Of a stretch of 64,000 nucleotides of DNA, positions 53,135 through 61,727 are shown in pieces (position 1 is the stretch's first letter; every line of letters begins with the position of its first letter). Where the stretch lies: assembly GCA_963762775.1 (NCBI GenBank), contig CAVXMD010000009.1, positions 2,897-66,896 on the forward strand, given 5' to 3'. This stretch comes from an uncultured Actinomycetota bacterium (lineage in GTDB: Bacteria; Actinomycetota; Actinomycetes; Propionibacteriales; Propionibacteriaceae). The translations under genes were made by a program, and so were the position numbers. The notes below the pieces were generated by a model that did not search any database, was not told where the DNA came from, and worked only from the letters and a program-made list of their open reading frames with translations.

Positions 53135-53490
53135 TGGCCCTGGTGCGCGCCTGCGCGCTGAGCCAGCTCAAGCCGGAGTCGGCCCTCGCGGTCGAGGTCG
53201 GCCGCAGCGAGGTCGCTGTCGTCCGCAGCGGCGAGCGCGTCTACGCCATCGCCGACGAGTGCAGCCACGCCGCCATCCCGCTGTCCGAGGGCGACGTCGA
53301 GGGCGGCACGGTCGAGTGCTACCTGCACGGCTCGCGCTTCGACCTGCAGACCGGGCGTCCGCTCGGCCTCCCGGCGACCGAACCGGTCGCCGTCTACCGC
53401 TGCGAGGTCGTGGGTGACGACGTGCTCGTCGACCTCGACGCGCTGCCCGAGGCGCCCGACGGCGCTGAGCACGACGAACCAGCTTCCTAG
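53134..53490 (+). CDS. Rieske-type [2Fe-2S] ferredoxin embedded in the suf operon
   Basis: The ATG overlaps the sufD stop. CSHAAIPLSEGDVEGGTVECYLHGSRF has the CxH...CxxH pattern. Confidence 0.85.
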   Translation: MALVRACALSQLKPESALAVEVGRSEVAVVRSGERVYAIADECSHAAIPLSEGDVEGGTVECYLHGSRFDLQTGRPLGLPATEPVAVYRCEVVGDDVLVDLDALPEAPDGAEHDEPAS

Positions 53491-53538
53491 AGCGGGGGGA
53501 CGATCCCCTCGAACCCCCGACCAGCACAGTAGGAGATA

Positions 53539-54309
53539 TTGATGTCGAAGCTCGAGATCCACGACCTGCACGTCTCGGTCAGCACCGAGTCCGGCCCGAA
53601 GGAGATCCTCAAGGGTGTCGACCTGACGATCGGCAGCGGCGAGGTGCACGCGATCATGGGCCCGAACGGGTCGGGCAAGTCCACGTTGGCCTACTCGATC
53701 GCCGGCCACCCCAAGTACGAGATCACCTCCGGCAGCGTGACGCTCGACGGTGACGACCTGCTCGCCATGAGCGTGGACGAACGGGCCCGCGCCGGGCTGT
53801 TCCTGGCCATGCAGTACCCGGTCGAGGTCCCCGGCGTCAGCGTCGCGAACTTCCTGCGCACCGCCAAGACCGCGGTCGATGGCGAGGCGCCCAAGCTGCG
53901 CACCTGGGTCAAGGACGTGAACGCGGCGATGGACCGCGTCCAGATGGACCGCGAGTTCGCCCAGCGCAGCGTCAACGAGGGTTTCTCGGGCGGTGAGAAG
54001 AAGCGTCACGAGATCGTCCAGCTCGAGCTCCTGAACCCCCGCTTCGCGATCCTCGACGAGACCGACTCCGGCCTCGACATCGACGCGCTGCGCATCGTCT
54101 CCGAGGGCGTCAACCGCTTCTCCGCCCAGGGCGACCGCGGCGTGCTGCTGATCACGCACTACACGCGGATCCTGCGCTACATCAAGCCGGACTTCGTGCA
54201 CGTGTTCGTCGCCGGCCGGGTCGCCGAGCAGGGCGGCCAGGAGCTGGCCGAGCGGCTCGAGGCCGAGGGCTACGACCGCTACGTGCGGGCAGCCGCGGCG
54301 GCGGTCTGA
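53539..54309 (+). CDS. sufC: Fe-S cluster assembly ATPase SufC
   Basis: IMGPNGSGKSTLAYSIAGHPKYE...FSGGEKKRHEIVQL...ILDETDSGLDIDAL. Confidence 0.95.
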   Translation: MMSKLEIHDLHVSVSTESGPKEILKGVDLTIGSGEVHAIMGPNGSGKSTLAYSIAGHPKYEITSGSVTLDGDDLLAMSVDERARAGLFLAMQYPVEVPGVSVANFLRTAKTAVDGEAPKLRTWVKDVNAAMDRVQMDREFAQRSVNEGFSGGEKKRHEIVQLELLNPRFAILDETDSGLDIDALRIVSEGVNRFSAQGDRGVLLITHYTRILRYIKPDFVHVFVAGRVAEQGGQELAERLEAEGYDRYVRAAAAAV

Positions 54310-54311
54310 CC

Positions 54312-55733
54312 GTGACCACCCACGCCGAGCTGGACGGGCGCCCGCCGCTCTCGGGCGGCGCGCAGTACCCCGACGTCGTCGAGCCGGCCGAGCTGTCCGC
54401 GGCCGAGTCGCTGCCGACCGACGAGCCGATCCCGTACGACGTCGAGGCCATCCGCGGTGACTTCCCGATCCTCGAGCGCACGACGGCCGACGGGCACCGG
54501 CTGGTCTACCTCGACAGCGCGAACACCTCGCAGAAGCCGCGCTGCGTCGTCGAGGCGATCGAGGACCACTACCTGTCGCACAACGCGAACGTCGCCCGGG
54601 CGATGCACCTGCTGGGTGCGGAGGCCACGGAGGCGTTCGAGTCGTCGCGCGCCGTGATCGCGGAGCTCGTCGGCGCCGCGTCGAGCGACGAGATCGTCTT
54701 CACCAAGAACGCCTCCGAGGCCCTGAACCTCTGCGCGCACTCGCTCGGGGCCTCGCTGGAGCCCGGCGACGAGATCGTCGTCTCGGTGATGGAGCACCAC
54801 TCCAACATCGTCCCGTGGCAGCTCCTCGCCGAGCGCACGGGTGCGACGCTGCGCTGGTTCGACGTCACCGACGAGGGCCGGCTCGACGTCGAGGGCGGCC
54901 TCGCCGCCGGCCTGATCAACGAGCGCACCAAGATCGTCTCGATCACCTACGTCTCCAACGTCCTCGGCACGATCAACCCGGTGGCCGAGATCGCCGCGGC
55001 GGCGCACGCGTACGGCGCCCGCGTCGTCGTCGACGCCTCGCAGGCCGTCCCGCAGATGCCGGTCGACGTGCAGGCGCTCGGGGCCGACCTGGTCGCGTTC
55101 ACGGGGCACAAGATGGTCGGCCCGACCGGCATCGGCGTGCTCTGGGGCCGCTACGACCTGCTCGCCGAGCTGCCGCCGTTCCTCGGCGGGGGCGAGATGA
55201 TCGAGGTCGTCAAGATGTCCGGGTCGACCTTCGCGCCGCCGCCGCACCGCTTCGAGGCGGGGACCCCGCCGATCGCGCAGGCCGTCGGTCTGGCCGCCGC
55301 CGCGCGCTACCTCAGCGCGCTCGGCCTGGACCAGGTCGCCGCGCACGAGCACCTGATCACGGCGTACGCGCTCGAGGGCTTGTCCACGGTGAAGGGTCTC
55401 CGGGTGCTCGGCCCGACCACGACGAAGGACCGCGGCGGGGCGATCTCGTTCACCCTGCAGAACCACGCCGGCGAGCCGATCCACCCGCACGACGTCAGCC
55501 AGCTGCTCGACGCGCGTGGCGTGGCCGTCCGCGGCGGGCACCACTGCGCGCGTCCGCTGCACGAGCGCTTCGGCGTGCAGAGCTCGACGCGCGCCTCGGG
55601 ATACCTCTACACGACGACCGCGGAGATCGACGTCCTCGTCGACGCACTGCACCGTACGGTCGGCTTCTTCAGCCGCCCGCCGCGCGAGCGTCCCGCCCGA
55701 GCGAGCCGCACGACCACGGACGGAGGCTCGTGA
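54312..55733 (+). CDS. sufS: Cysteine desulfurase SufS
   Basis: YLDSANTSQKP...HHSNIVPWQ...AFTGHKMVGPTGIGVLWG carries the PLP lysine. RGGHHCARPL carries the catalytic Cys. Confidence 0.93.
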   Translation: MTTHAELDGRPPLSGGAQYPDVVEPAELSAAESLPTDEPIPYDVEAIRGDFPILERTTADGHRLVYLDSANTSQKPRCVVEAIEDHYLSHNANVARAMHLLGAEATEAFESSRAVIAELVGAASSDEIVFTKNASEALNLCAHSLGASLEPGDEIVVSVMEHHSNIVPWQLLAERTGATLRWFDVTDEGRLDVEGGLAAGLINERTKIVSITYVSNVLGTINPVAEIAAAAHAYGARVVVDASQAVPQMPVDVQALGADLVAFTGHKMVGPTGIGVLWGRYDLLAELPPFLGGGEMIEVVKMSGSTFAPPPHRFEAGTPPIAQAVGLAAAARYLSALGLDQVAAHEHLITAYALEGLSTVKGLRVLGPTTTKDRGGAISFTLQNHAGEPIHPHDVSQLLDARGVAVRGGHHCARPLHERFGVQSSTRASGYLYTTTAEIDVLVDALHRTVGFFSRPPRERPARASRTTTDGGS

Positions 55734-56215
55734 ACGTCGAGGACCTCTACCAGGAGATCATCCTGGACCACTACCGGGCCAAGCACCACAGCGGTCTGCG
55801 GGAGCCGTACGAGGCCGAGGTGCACCACGTGAACCCGAGCTGCGGCGACGAGGTGACGCTGCGCCTGCACCTGGACGGCGACACCGTCGCCGACGTCTCG
55901 TACGAGGGGCAGGGCTGCTCGATCAGCCAGGCGTCGACCTCGGTGATGAGCGACCTCGTCATCGGCCGCGACGTCGGCGAGGGCCTCGGTCTCCACGAGG
56001 AGTTCCTCACCCTCATGCAGGGCCAGGGACGCGTCGAGCCCGACGAGGACCGGCTCGAGGACGGCATCGCGTTCGCGGGCGTGGCGAAGTTCCCGGCGCG
56101 CGTGAAGTGCGCCCTGCTCGGCTGGTCGGCGTTCAAGGACGCCGCCGCCCGAGCGCTGAGCGAGCAGGACCGGCAGGACGAGCACGAGCAGCACCAGACT
56201 CCAGGAGCGAGATGA
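55730..56215 (+). CDS. sufU: SUF-system Fe-S scaffold SufU/NifU-like
   Basis: GTGA overlap with sufS. LYQEIILDHYRAKHH...NPSCGDEVTL...GQGCSISQAS...KFPARVKCALL. Confidence 0.9.
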   Translation: MNVEDLYQEIILDHYRAKHHSGLREPYEAEVHHVNPSCGDEVTLRLHLDGDTVADVSYEGQGCSISQASTSVMSDLVIGRDVGEGLGLHEEFLTLMQGQGRVEPDEDRLEDGIAFAGVAKFPARVKCALLGWSAFKDAAARALSEQDRQDEHEQHQTPGAR

Positions 56216-56637
56216 CGAGCGAGATCACGGCCGTGGGCCAGGACCAGCGGGAGGACATGCGCCCGTCCGAGCTGGTGCAGGACGACCTGCCCGACGTGGA
56301 CGGTGCGGGCGACTACTCCCCGGCCGCGCGCGCGACGGTGGCGGACGTCGAGGAGGCGCTGAAGGACGTCGTCGACCCCGAGCTCGGGATCAACGTCGTC
56401 GACCTCGGCCTCATCTACGGCCTGCACCTCGAGGACGACGGTTCGCTGACCATCGACATGACGCTGACGTCGGCCGCCTGCCCGCTGACCGACGTCATCG
56501 AGGACCAGACCGACACCGCGCTCGAGGGACTCGTCGAGCGGTTCGTCATCAACTGGGTCTGGATGCCGCCGTGGGGCATGGAGAAGATCACCCCCGACGG
56601 TCGCGAGCAGCTGCGGGCGCTCGGCTTCAACGTCTGA
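56212..56637 (+). CDS. DUF59 / SufT-like Fe-S assembly protein
   Basis: ATGA overlap with sufU. VEEALKDVVDPELGINVVDLGLIYG...MTLTSAACPLTDVIED. Confidence 0.85.
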   Translation: MTSEITAVGQDQREDMRPSELVQDDLPDVDGAGDYSPAARATVADVEEALKDVVDPELGINVVDLGLIYGLHLEDDGSLTIDMTLTSAACPLTDVIEDQTDTALEGLVERFVINWVWMPPWGMEKITPDGREQLRALGFNV

Positions 56638-56656
56638 GCCCGGGTACCTCGCCCGC

Positions 56657-57154
56657 GTGCCCGGACCCGAGGTCACCCTCCGCCCGCAGCGCCCGTCCGA
56701 CCTCCCGCTGCTGGTCGGCGGCGACACCCCGTTCGACGACTTCGGGCCGGTCGCGGCCGGTACGCACCCAGCTCCCTCGCGGCTCGACGACGCCGGGGCG
56801 CTCACGATCGTCGACGAGGGCGGCGACGTCGCCGGAGACGTCAGCTGGCACTGGCGCGGCTGGGGCCCGAACGCCGGCTCGCGCTGCCCCATGATCGGCA
56901 TCTGGCTGCGTCCCGGGCACCGCGGACGCGGGCTCGGCCGGCTCGCCCAGCGGCGGGTGGTGGAGCTCTTCTTCACCCACACCCGGGCCAACCGGGTCGA
57001 GGCCCACACCGACGTCGAGAACGTCGCCGAGCAGCGGGCCCTGGAGGCGGCCGGGTTCACTCGCGAGGGCGTGACCCGTGGGGCCCAGTGGCGGGAGGGC
57101 GACTACCACGACGGGATTCTCTACGCCGTGCTGCGCACCGACCTCGCCTGCTGA
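56657..57154 (+). CDS. GNAT N-acetyltransferase
   Basis: IGIWLRPGHRGRGLGRLAQRRVVELFFTHTRANRVEAHTDVENVAEQRALEAAGFTREG. Confidence 0.8.
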   Translation: MPGPEVTLRPQRPSDLPLLVGGDTPFDDFGPVAAGTHPAPSRLDDAGALTIVDEGGDVAGDVSWHWRGWGPNAGSRCPMIGIWLRPGHRGRGLGRLAQRRVVELFFTHTRANRVEAHTDVENVAEQRALEAAGFTREGVTRGAQWREGDYHDGILYAVLRTDLAC

Positions 57155-57358
57155 CGCTCGTGGTGGACAGGGGCCGGAGCCCTCGGGATCCCTCTGCGCG
57201 TGGCCCTGACCTCTTTCGTCGAACCGGTGCTGCCGCTCGGGAGGGCGGCGCCCGGGCCGTGTTCGAGACCGCGCGAGGTTCGTCGCCGGGAACATGACGA
57301 TTTCTGCGCAAGACCCGTGCTCGACCTCGATCCTTTCTCCTGTGCCCGACATATCCCG

Positions 57359-58248
57359 TTGCTCGTGCAGCGGTGGACGCGCTTCGGCCACGACCGGCTG
57401 TCCGTTCGTGGGAGCGACGGCGAGCGCACCGGCTGGACCGATCTCCGGACAGGTGCAGCGCATCCCACGTCGACTGATCACCTGCCGGCCCTCTGCAAGG
57501 CTGTGGAGGACTGGAAGACGCGTGCCCAGTGGGGGCCGGATGCAGCTCCGCCCGCGCCGGCCCAGCCGGCGGACGACCGGGCCGCTCGTGAGCGACTTCC
57601 GGTGGCCCCGCCACGACCGTGGAGAGATCTGGCGACGAACGCTCCCGGTGCTGCGGTTCGGGTGCAGGCCACAGCACTTCGAGACGCGGCGCCGGTCCGC
57701 ACCTTCTTCGCTCGCCTGATCAAGCGCAGGACGAACGAACGCGCCTGGCGGCTCGGAGCCGACGGCGAGGTGCTGGTCGCGCGCGAGCTGGCGCGCGTCG
57801 TCCGGACCGACCCGCGATGGCGCGTGCTGCACGCCGTTCCTGTCGGGACCGGCGACTCGGACATCGACCATCTGGTCATCGGTCCGGGAGGCGTGTTCAC
57901 GGTGAACACCAAGCACCATCCGGGTGGGACGTCGTGGTCGGTGCCGAGACGTTCCTGGTCAACGGACAGCGCTGCCCGTACGTCCGCAACAGCCGCCACG
58001 AGGCCGCCCGCGCCAGCCGTCTCCTGGCAGCAGGTAGTGGATGCCCGACCGGAGTCCACGGAGTCGTCGTCCCGGTGGGGGGAGGATCGACTCGTCGTCA
58101 AGAGCCGGCCTGCCGGGGTCGACGTCGTGCCGAGGAGCAGATCGCGGCCTGGCTGCTCGATCGCGCTCACGTCCTCGACGACCAGGTCCTGCGGGCGGTC
58201 TCGGAAGCGGCTCGCCGGTCGACCACCGGGCGCCCGTCAGGTCCTTGA
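57359..58248 (+). pseudogene. NERD (nuclease-related domain) protein, at least two frameshifts in the C-terminal half
   Basis: VQRWTRFGHDRLSVRGSDGERTGWTDLRTG...ERAWRLGADGEVLVARELARV...WRVLHAVPVGTGDSDIDHLVIGPGGVFTVNTKHHPG. It continues in the 57619 frame as DVVVGAETFLVNGQRCPYVRNSRHEAARASRLL..., then shifts again near 58085. The start (TTG 57359 or GTG 57365) is uncertain. Confidence 0.65.
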
Positions 58249-58492
58249 CCAGGACGTCGAGTCCTGCGTTGGGACCGGCACCGGGTCGCCCGGCTCGACC
58301 AGCGCGCGGAGCCCCTGATCGTCGTCCTTGGTACCCGCGCGCCGTGGCGCCGCGCGCCGTGAGCACGGCAGGATGAGTCCTCAGATGCCGAGATGACCGT
58401 GTGACCGCCCCGTACCCCGTCCGCCGGGGGGTCTTCGGCACGGCCGACACCGAGCGTGTGGACCGCTCCGCCGCTGCCGCCGAGGCGGTCCG

Positions 58493-59320
58493 GTGAGCCG
58501 CCGCGGGTTGTTCGTGCCGGCGTTCGACGCGCTCGCCGACCCGCGGGTGGTCGCCGACCTGGCCGCGCAGGCCGAGGCGGCCGGCTGGGACGGGCTGTTC
58601 CTGTGGGACCACCTGCTCTACGCCGACCCGGTCGTCGAGATCGCGGACCCCTGGGTCTGCCTCGCCGCCGCCGCCATGACCACGTCGCGGATCGAGCTCG
58701 GGATCATGGTGACGCCGCTCTCGCGGCGCCGGCCGCAGGTCCTGGCCCGCCAGGCGGCGTCGCTCGACCGGCTCTCCGGCGGACGGCTGATCCTCGGCTT
58801 CGGCCTGGGTGACGACGGCGGTGGCCGCGACGGCGGGGGTGGCGAGCTGTCCGCGTTCGGCGAGACGGTCGAGCCGAAGGTGCGGGCCGCGCTGCTCGAC
58901 GAGGGCCTCGAGGTGCTCGTCGGGCTGCTGTCGGGTGAGCGGGTCGACCACGACGGCCCGCACCGCCGAGCGGCCGGGGTGACGTTCCTCCCGTCGGCGA
59001 CCCGGCCGGGCGGCATCCCGATCTGGATCGGCGGGCGCTGGCCGAACCGCGCGCCGCAGCGCCGGGCGGCCCGGTTCGACGGGTACTTCGTCATCGGCCT
59101 CGAGGCCGCCGCGGACGTCGCGGAGGCGCAGACGGCGCTGGACGTGGCCCGCTCGGGCGCCGGACGGGCGGGAGACCCGGCCGAGCTCGTCGTCCAGGTC
59201 CCCGCCGGCACCGACCCGGCGCCCTGGGCCGCCGCCGGGGCGACCTGGGTGCTCACCCAGGTCGGCCCCTACCGGATGGACCTCGCCGAGGTCCGTGAGG
59301 TCGTGACCGCCGGTCCCTAG
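58493..59320 (+). CDS. LLM-class (luciferase-like) flavin/F420-dependent oxidoreductase
   Basis: AEAAGWDGLFLWDHL...RIELGIMVTPLSRRRPQVLARQAASLDRLSGGRLILGFGLG. Confidence 0.8.
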   Translation: MSRRGLFVPAFDALADPRVVADLAAQAEAAGWDGLFLWDHLLYADPVVEIADPWVCLAAAAMTTSRIELGIMVTPLSRRRPQVLARQAASLDRLSGGRLILGFGLGDDGGGRDGGGGELSAFGETVEPKVRAALLDEGLEVLVGLLSGERVDHDGPHRRAAGVTFLPSATRPGGIPIWIGGRWPNRAPQRRAARFDGYFVIGLEAAADVAEAQTALDVARSGAGRAGDPAELVVQVPAGTDPAPWAAAGATWVLTQVGPYRMDLAEVREVVTAGP

Positions 59321-59350
59321 GTGGTCGTCGCGTTGAACGACGGACCGGCC

Positions 59351-60845
59351 TCAGACGTGCGCCGGCTCGTCCTCGGACGGCGCGGGCTCCTCGGTGGCGT
59401 GGGAGTCGGTCAGCGACAGCGAGCCGAAGGTCGCGATCACGCCCGACCAGGACGGCGACGGCCAGGTAGGTGATCCGCTCACCGCGAAGTAGGCGTGGAC
59501 GAGGTCGGGGCTCCAGGCGCCGGCCGGCAGGCGTGGTCGTGACCAGGGCGGCGATGAGGGTGCCGACGACGGCCGTGCCGAGGCTGGTGCCGATCTCCTG
59601 GGAGGTGTCGTTGAGGGCGGCGCCGATCGAGGTGCGGTTCTTCGGCATCGCCTCGACGAGGGCGACCGCGCAGATGGTCATGATCGTCCGCAGCCCGGTC
59701 GTGAGCACCACCATCATGACGGCGATCGCCAGGTAGCCGTGCTCGACGGCCCAGGCCATGCCGACCAGCGAGCCCACCAGGAGCGCGGTCCCGACGAGGC
59801 AGGCCAGGCGGTGGCCGAGGCGGGCGGCCAGCTGCTCGGCGACCGGCGTCGCCAGCGATCATCGTGAGGATCAGGGGCAGGTTCGCGAGGCCGGCGCGCA
59901 TCGGGCTCCAGCCGTACGCGTACTGGAAGTGCAGGATCAGCCCGAACATGACGCTGGCCATCGTGACCGAGGCGCCGAGCTGGGTGATCGCCGCGCCGCG
60001 CGCGGGTCCGGTGCGGAAGATCGCGAGGTCGATCATGGGCGAGGCCGCGCGGCGTTCGCGGAGGACGAAGCCCACGACGGCGGCGACGGTGCCCGAGGGC
60101 GCAGGCGAGCGTGAGCGGGCGCGAGCCAGCCGTGCTCGACGCCGCTGGTGAGGGTGTAGCAGCCGAGCCCGATCGCGGCGACGGTGAGCGCGGTGCCGGG
60201 CAGGTCGAGGCGCTCGCGACGTCAGGTCGTCGCGGCGGTCGGCCGGGACGCCGGCGCGGACGCCGATCCAGGCGATCAGGGCGATGGGTGCGTTGACGAC
60301 GAGCAGCCACTGCCAGCTGACGTGGGTGAGGACCGTCCCGCCCAGCAGGGGGCCGAGGACGAAGCCGGACATGCCCGACGACCATCACCACGGTGATCGA
60401 GCGCATCCGCAGCTTCTCGTCGTCGAAGAGCCGGAAGATCAGCGACATCGTGACCGGCGCCATCGCCGCCGCGGCGCAGCCGAGGGCCGCGCGCAGGGCG
60501 ATGAGCTGGCCGATGCTCGGTCGACCAGGACGACGGCCAGGCTGACCAGGCCGAAGGCGGCGAGGCCGGTGAGCAGCACGCGCCGGCGGCCGAACCGGTC
60601 GGCGGCCGACCCGGCGGTCAGCAGCAGGCCGCCGAAGGTGAGGGAGTAGGCCCCCGTCACCCACTGCAGGGCCGTCGTGCCGCTGCCCGAGCGAACGACC
60701 GATCGTGGGCAGGGCGATCGAGAGCAGCGTGTTGTCGACCATCTCGACGAAGAAGGCCAGGCAGAGCGCGGCCAGCGGGACGGCGGCGGCGCGCAGCGAG
60801 GTGTACGTGGGGGCTCGCGGTGGGGGTGACGGTGGCGGTGCTCAT
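59351..60845 (-). pseudogene. MFS drug-efflux transporter (DHA2/EmrB-like, 14-TMS type), many frameshifts
   Basis: Fragments lie in all three minus frames: MSTATVTPTAS...; MVDNTLLSIALPTIGRSLG; ALQWVTGAYSLTFGGLLLTAGSAADRFGRRRVLLTGLAAFGLVSLA; IGQLIALRAALGCAAAAMAPVTMSLIFRLFDDEKLRMRSI; MSGFVLGPLLGGTVLTHVSWQWLLVVNAPIALIAWIG; MIDLAIFRTGPARGAAITQLGASVTMASVMFGLILHFQYAYGWSPMRAGLANLPLILTMIA; LVGMAWAVEHGYLAIAVMMVVLTTGLRTIMTICAVALVEAMPKNRTSIGAALNDTSQEIGTSLGTAVVGTLIAA. Confidence 0.8.
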
Positions 60846-60880
60846 GGGCGGCCTTCTCGATCGAACGCCGTACGACTATC

Positions 60881-60911
60881 GAACGACGTTCTAGACGATA
60901 GAACAGCGTTC
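60881..60911. promoter_or_regulatory. Candidate TetR operators in the divergent MFS/TetR intergenic region
   Basis: GAACGACGTTC (60881-60891) is a palindrome around a central A. GAACAGCGTTC lies at 60901-60911, and a third TCGAACG half-site at 60861-60867. Confidence 0.45.
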
Positions 60912-60926
60912 GGTAGGATGCAAGCC

Positions 60927-61668
60927 ATGACTGCAGATCGATCGACGACGACCGGTCCCGACCGCGTCGAGCCGCCCGCGCGCGCGCGCGGTCGCCGGCG
61001 GGCGTCGCACTCGCTCGACACGGTGCTGGGCGAGGCCATCGCGATCCTCGACGAGTCGGGGGAGCCGGCGCTGACCTTCCGCGCCCTGGCGGCGCGGCTG
61101 GGCGGCGGCGTGGCGAGCATCTACTGGTACGTCGCCAGCCGCGACGAGCTGCTCGAGCGGGCGACCGAGGAGGTGATGGGCCGGGTCGCTGGCCGACAGC
61201 GAGCCGCTCACGCACGGGCCCGACCCGATCGCCAACGTCCGCGCGCTCGCCCTGGCGCTGTTCGACGAGTTCGTCCGCCGGCCGTGGTTCGGCCAGCTCA
61301 TGCTCCGCAACAACGGGCTGCAGCCGAACTCGATGCTGATGTTCGACCGGCTCGGTCAGCAGCTCATGCGGCTCGACCTGACGCCCAGGCAGCGCTTCCA
61401 CGCGGTGTCGTCGATCGTCAGCTACGTCGTCGGGGTCGCCGTCGACCTCGCGCAGCCGCCGCCCCGCGAGTTCCTGGAGAGCGGGATGGCAGCCCCGGAG
61501 TTCCTGGCCATGTACGCCGACCGCTGGCGCGCCCTCGACCCAGCAGGACTACCCGTTCGCGCACCAGGTCGCCGACGAGTTCGCCACGCACGACGACCTC
61601 GAGGTGTTCCGGTCCGGGCTCGACCTGCTGCTGGCCGGGCTCCGCCTGCAGGCCATGTCGGGCCGGTA
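60927..61668 (+). pseudogene. TetR-family transcriptional regulator, two frameshifts
   Basis: LDTVLGEAIAILDESGEPALTFRALAARLGGGVASIYWYVASRDELLERATEEVMGRV is the TetR HTH. After a shift near 61190 it reads DPIANVRALALALFDEFVRRPWFGQLMLRNNGLQPNSMLMFDRLGQQLMRLDLTPRQRFHAVSSIVSYVVG. After a shift near 61545 it reads YPFAHQVADEFATHDDLEVFRSGLDLLLAGLRLQAMSGR. Confidence 0.8.
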
Positions 61669-61727
61669 GGGCGACCGCCGGGCTCGTCGAGGTGCCCGAC
61701 CGATGCCGACCCTGGGAGCATGGCGGC

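Noticed and set aside
58250-58492. A possible gene remnant or small toxin-antitoxin ORFs between the NERD gene and the LLM oxidoreductase.
   Set aside because: Only short ORFs without homology are present; the long minus-strand ORF 57959..58963 is antisense low-complexity. I can support nothing here.
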